Source: an uncultured bacterium
GTDB lineage: Bacteria > Fidelibacterota > Marinisomatia > Marinisomatales > UBA2128
DNA: 41,227 nucleotides
Direction of reading: 5' to 3'
Assembly: GCA_964534955.1 (NCBI GenBank)
Contig: CAZHRR010000003.1
Span: forward strand, 1-41,227
How positions within the stretch are numbered: position 1 is the first letter of the stretch; each line of letters begins with the position of its first letter. The notes below the pieces were generated by a model, which had not been told where the DNA came from, did not search any database, and was given only the letters and a program-made list of their open reading frames with translations. The position numbers and the translations under genes are program-made. Positions 38,947 through 41,227 of this stretch are shown here, piece by piece.

Positions 38947-40734
38947 CTAAAAAGGGTATGTGTTATTTTGATAGATGTAGTCAGCAATTTGTCGTTTCAT
39001 GGCTGCTACGTCAGTACTTGGGAGCAGCCGTACCTGAAAGTTTCGTAATTTGTTTATTACTGCTTCCGGCAAGCGACCATGGTAGATGTCATTTAATCCC
39101 GTAAGAGCACTATTAAGCAGTCCAAGTGCCATTTCAGCGGTGAAGGTCTTGGCGATGGCTTCCAGGATGGGTTCTTGCCCGTTGCCTTCCCCCAGTTGAG
39201 TAATTCTTGCTACAGTGCTGTCGGCCAGATAGAGATCCATGAAGGAGTTGGCCAGCAGTTCACCTAACTGCTGTTCGTGCTTCAAATCCTGACCAAATTC
39301 CTTCAGCGCTTCGTCAAAGACGTAGAGCATCAGGTACTTTCCTGTTTCGATCATCACCATCTCGTGCCATAGCAGACCTTCTCCGGACGTAGTAGGTTCT
39401 GTCTCCAGAAACTCGTCCACGCCCTTGATTTTTTCGCGTAAGGGGATCTCTTCCAGCAGTACCTTTTTCATAAGATAACCGGTAATAATCTGGCGGTTAA
39501 TCTCGTTACTCCCTTCCCAAATGCGGTCAATACGTGTGTCGCGGTAGATACGAGCCATGGGATATTCTTCGGTAAAACCGTAGCCGCCCAGGATCTGGAT
39601 GCCCAGGTCCGCGCAGAGGCCCAGTGTCTCGCTTCCGTACACCTTTACCATGGAAGATTCTATGGCAAACTGCTCCATCGCCTCACCCATCTTCAGATAG
39701 AAATCGTCGGCGCTGTGATCCAGTTCAGCAATGGCGCGGTCAATGTCACCGACGGTACGGTAGACGATACTGTCTAAAGCATAAGTTCGGACAGTCATGT
39801 CTGCGATATATTTGCGGATGATATCGAAGTAGGCGATAGGTTGACCGAACTGCCGCCGCTGAAGAGCATATTCCACAGCGTTCTCGATGATTCCCTTACT
39901 ACCGCCGAGAACAGAAGCCCCCAATTTAAGCCGGCCTACGTTTAGAGCATTGAAAGCAATGGCCGCGCCGTCGCCAATTTCGCCCAGGAGATTTTCCACC
40001 GGGACTTTGACATCAGTGAACTTGAGAGGTACTGTGGAACTTCCTTTTACACCCAGCTTATGTTCCTCGGCTCCAATTTCGAATCCGGGTATATCCGGTT
40101 CTACAATGAAAGCAGTGAACTTCGTGCCGTCCACTTGGGCAAATACCGTGAAGACTTTTGCCCACTGGCCGTTGGAGATAAACTGTTTTTCGCCGTTAAG
40201 GATATAGTTTTTCCCGTCTTCGCTCAGAAAGGCTGTCATCTTTCCAGACATGGCATCGGAGCCGGCCTCCGGTTCTGTGAGGGCGTAGGCGCCTATCCAT
40301 TCTCCGCTGGAAAGCTTGGGCAGGTATTTTTGCTTCTGCTTATCTGTGCCGAACCAGATGATGGGCAGCAAGCCTATTCCAGTCTGGACTGAGTAGGTTG
40401 TCGTAAAAGAACTCGACCCGCCGTACCGCATCGCTTCAGCGACGATAATAGCTGTGGTTTTGTCCAGATCCAGACCATCATACTTTTCCGGGATGTCAAT
40501 GGAGAGCAGACCCAGTTCACCCATCTGTTTGATGAGATTATGTGACAGTTCCTGATCATGTTTTTCGATCTCCAGGACTTGGGGAAGTACTTCATTGATA
40601 CAGAACTCCCTGGTCAGGTTTTCGATCTCGCGGTGTTCTTCTGTGAATTTTTCCCGTGTGAAAATGGGAAACACAGCTGCAGGGTTTAGTAGAAACATTC
40701 CTCCGGTGCGGATATCCGCTGATACGTCACTCAT
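38947..40734 (-). CDS. Acyl-CoA dehydrogenase (long FadE type)
   Basis: YALTEPEAGSD, GEKQFISN, R.QFG, QILGGYGF and RIWEGSNEI motifs. Confidence 0.93.
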   Translation of the reverse strand: MSDVSADIRTGGMFLLNPAAVFPIFTREKFTEEHREIENLTREFCINEVLPQVLEIEKHDQELSHNLIKQMGELGLLSIDIPEKYDGLDLDKTTAIIVAEAMRYGGSSSFTTTYSVQTGIGLLPIIWFGTDKQKQKYLPKLSSGEWIGAYALTEPEAGSDAMSGKMTAFLSEDGKNYILNGEKQFISNGQWAKVFTVFAQVDGTKFTAFIVEPDIPGFEIGAEEHKLGVKGSSTVPLKFTDVKVPVENLLGEIGDGAAIAFNALNVGRLKLGASVLGGSKGIIENAVEYALQRRQFGQPIAYFDIIRKYIADMTVRTYALDSIVYRTVGDIDRAIAELDHSADDFYLKMGEAMEQFAIESSMVKVYGSETLGLCADLGIQILGGYGFTEEYPMARIYRDTRIDRIWEGSNEINRQIITGYLMKKVLLEEIPLREKIKGVDEFLETEPTTSGEGLLWHEMVMIETGKYLMLYVFDEALKEFGQDLKHEQQLGELLANSFMDLYLADSTVARITQLGEGNGQEPILEAIAKTFTAEMALGLLNSALTGLNDIYHGRLPEAVINKLRNFQVRLLPSTDVAAMKRQIADYIYQNNTYPF

Positions 40735-41227
40735 TGCTTTGTCCTTTCGGTTTTTTTGTCAGGCCGGCAAGAATAAAGTCGGTGATAGTTTCGATATAAT
40801 GGCGGGCTTGTACTCTGTCTGTATCGAAGAGGGCAAACCATATAATGCCCTCAATATTTATCATGATGGAAAGAGCCGCCACATTAACCTCTACGTTTTT
40901 GAATTCTCCAGATTCAACTCCCTTGGCAACTATCGCTTCGATAAGTTCCAGAAGCTCGTGGTAAACGACTTGTGTTTTCTGGTGGAAGTCACTGTCGCGG
41001 CTGGCCAAAGCCCAAAACTCCAGTTCGGCCTTAAGCACATTGGGATTTTTCTCAAATACATCGAGGAAAAAGGCGAATAATTCGTGAAGCTGGTCTGAGG
41101 CAGAGAGGTCTTCCTCAACAATATGGTTAAGGGTGACACCAAATTTGTTAACCCAATGATTGATGAGGGAGAGGAAGACTTCCTTTTTTGACTTATAGTA
41201 CCAGTAAATGGCACCTTTGCTTAGACC
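40727..41227 (-). CDS. TetR/AcrR family transcriptional regulator (5'-truncated by window edge)
   Basis: The frame is open from the window end and reads GLSKGAIYWYYKSKKEVF (TetR HTH); C-terminal GVESGEFK; overlaps the ACAD start. Confidence 0.9.
   Translation of the reverse strand, partial: GLSKGAIYWYYKSKKEVFLSLINHWVNKFGVTLNHIVEEDLSASDQLHELFAFFLDVFEKNPNVLKAELEFWALASRDSDFHQKTQVVYHELLELIEAIVAKGVESGEFKNVEVNVAALSIMINIEGIIWFALFDTDRVQARHYIETITDFILAGLTKKPKGQSNE

Noticed and set aside
38799-38987. 62-aa ORF between ACAD and fadA
   Set aside because: Low-complexity sequence crossing a microrepeat. An RBS and ATG exist at 38939 but nothing else supports a protein.

Overview
This is a 41 kb bacterial chromosomal window. 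By inference it comes from an FCB-superphylum lineage such as Marinimicrobia, based on a YPNPFN-type C-terminal sorting domain and the atp gene set. The core backbone is plsY, DUF502, ogt, an EamA transporter, secDF, kbl plus an SDR-type threonine dehydrogenase, parAB-M23-bactofilin, a complete F1Fo ATP synthase operon, aspS, an SDR, a CobB sirtuin and a TetR-ACAD-thiolase-FadN beta-oxidation operon. The accessory content is an AbiE type IV TA pair, a HicAB pair with a nonsense-disrupted toxin, an IS200/RAYT-like transposase with REP-like palindromes, a frameshifted Zn-ribbon repeat gene and a RhuM-Fic gene. Two signals stand out. (1) A four-gene c-type cytochrome operon encodes a cytochrome with a T9SS-like sorting domain, a CX3CH lipoprotein paralog, a Cyc2-like cytochrome-porin fusion and a diheme cytochrome; it looks like an uncharacterised outer-membrane electron conduit. 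(2) Small cargo cassettes recur between two diverged copies of a neighbouring gene's end (ogt tail, DUF1801 tail, cobB head, possibly the kbl RBS/start), with attC-like, inverted-repeat and microrepeat scars and no integrase in view. There is also a candidate small RNA with a C-rich loop. All family calls come from motif recognition by eye; no searches were run.
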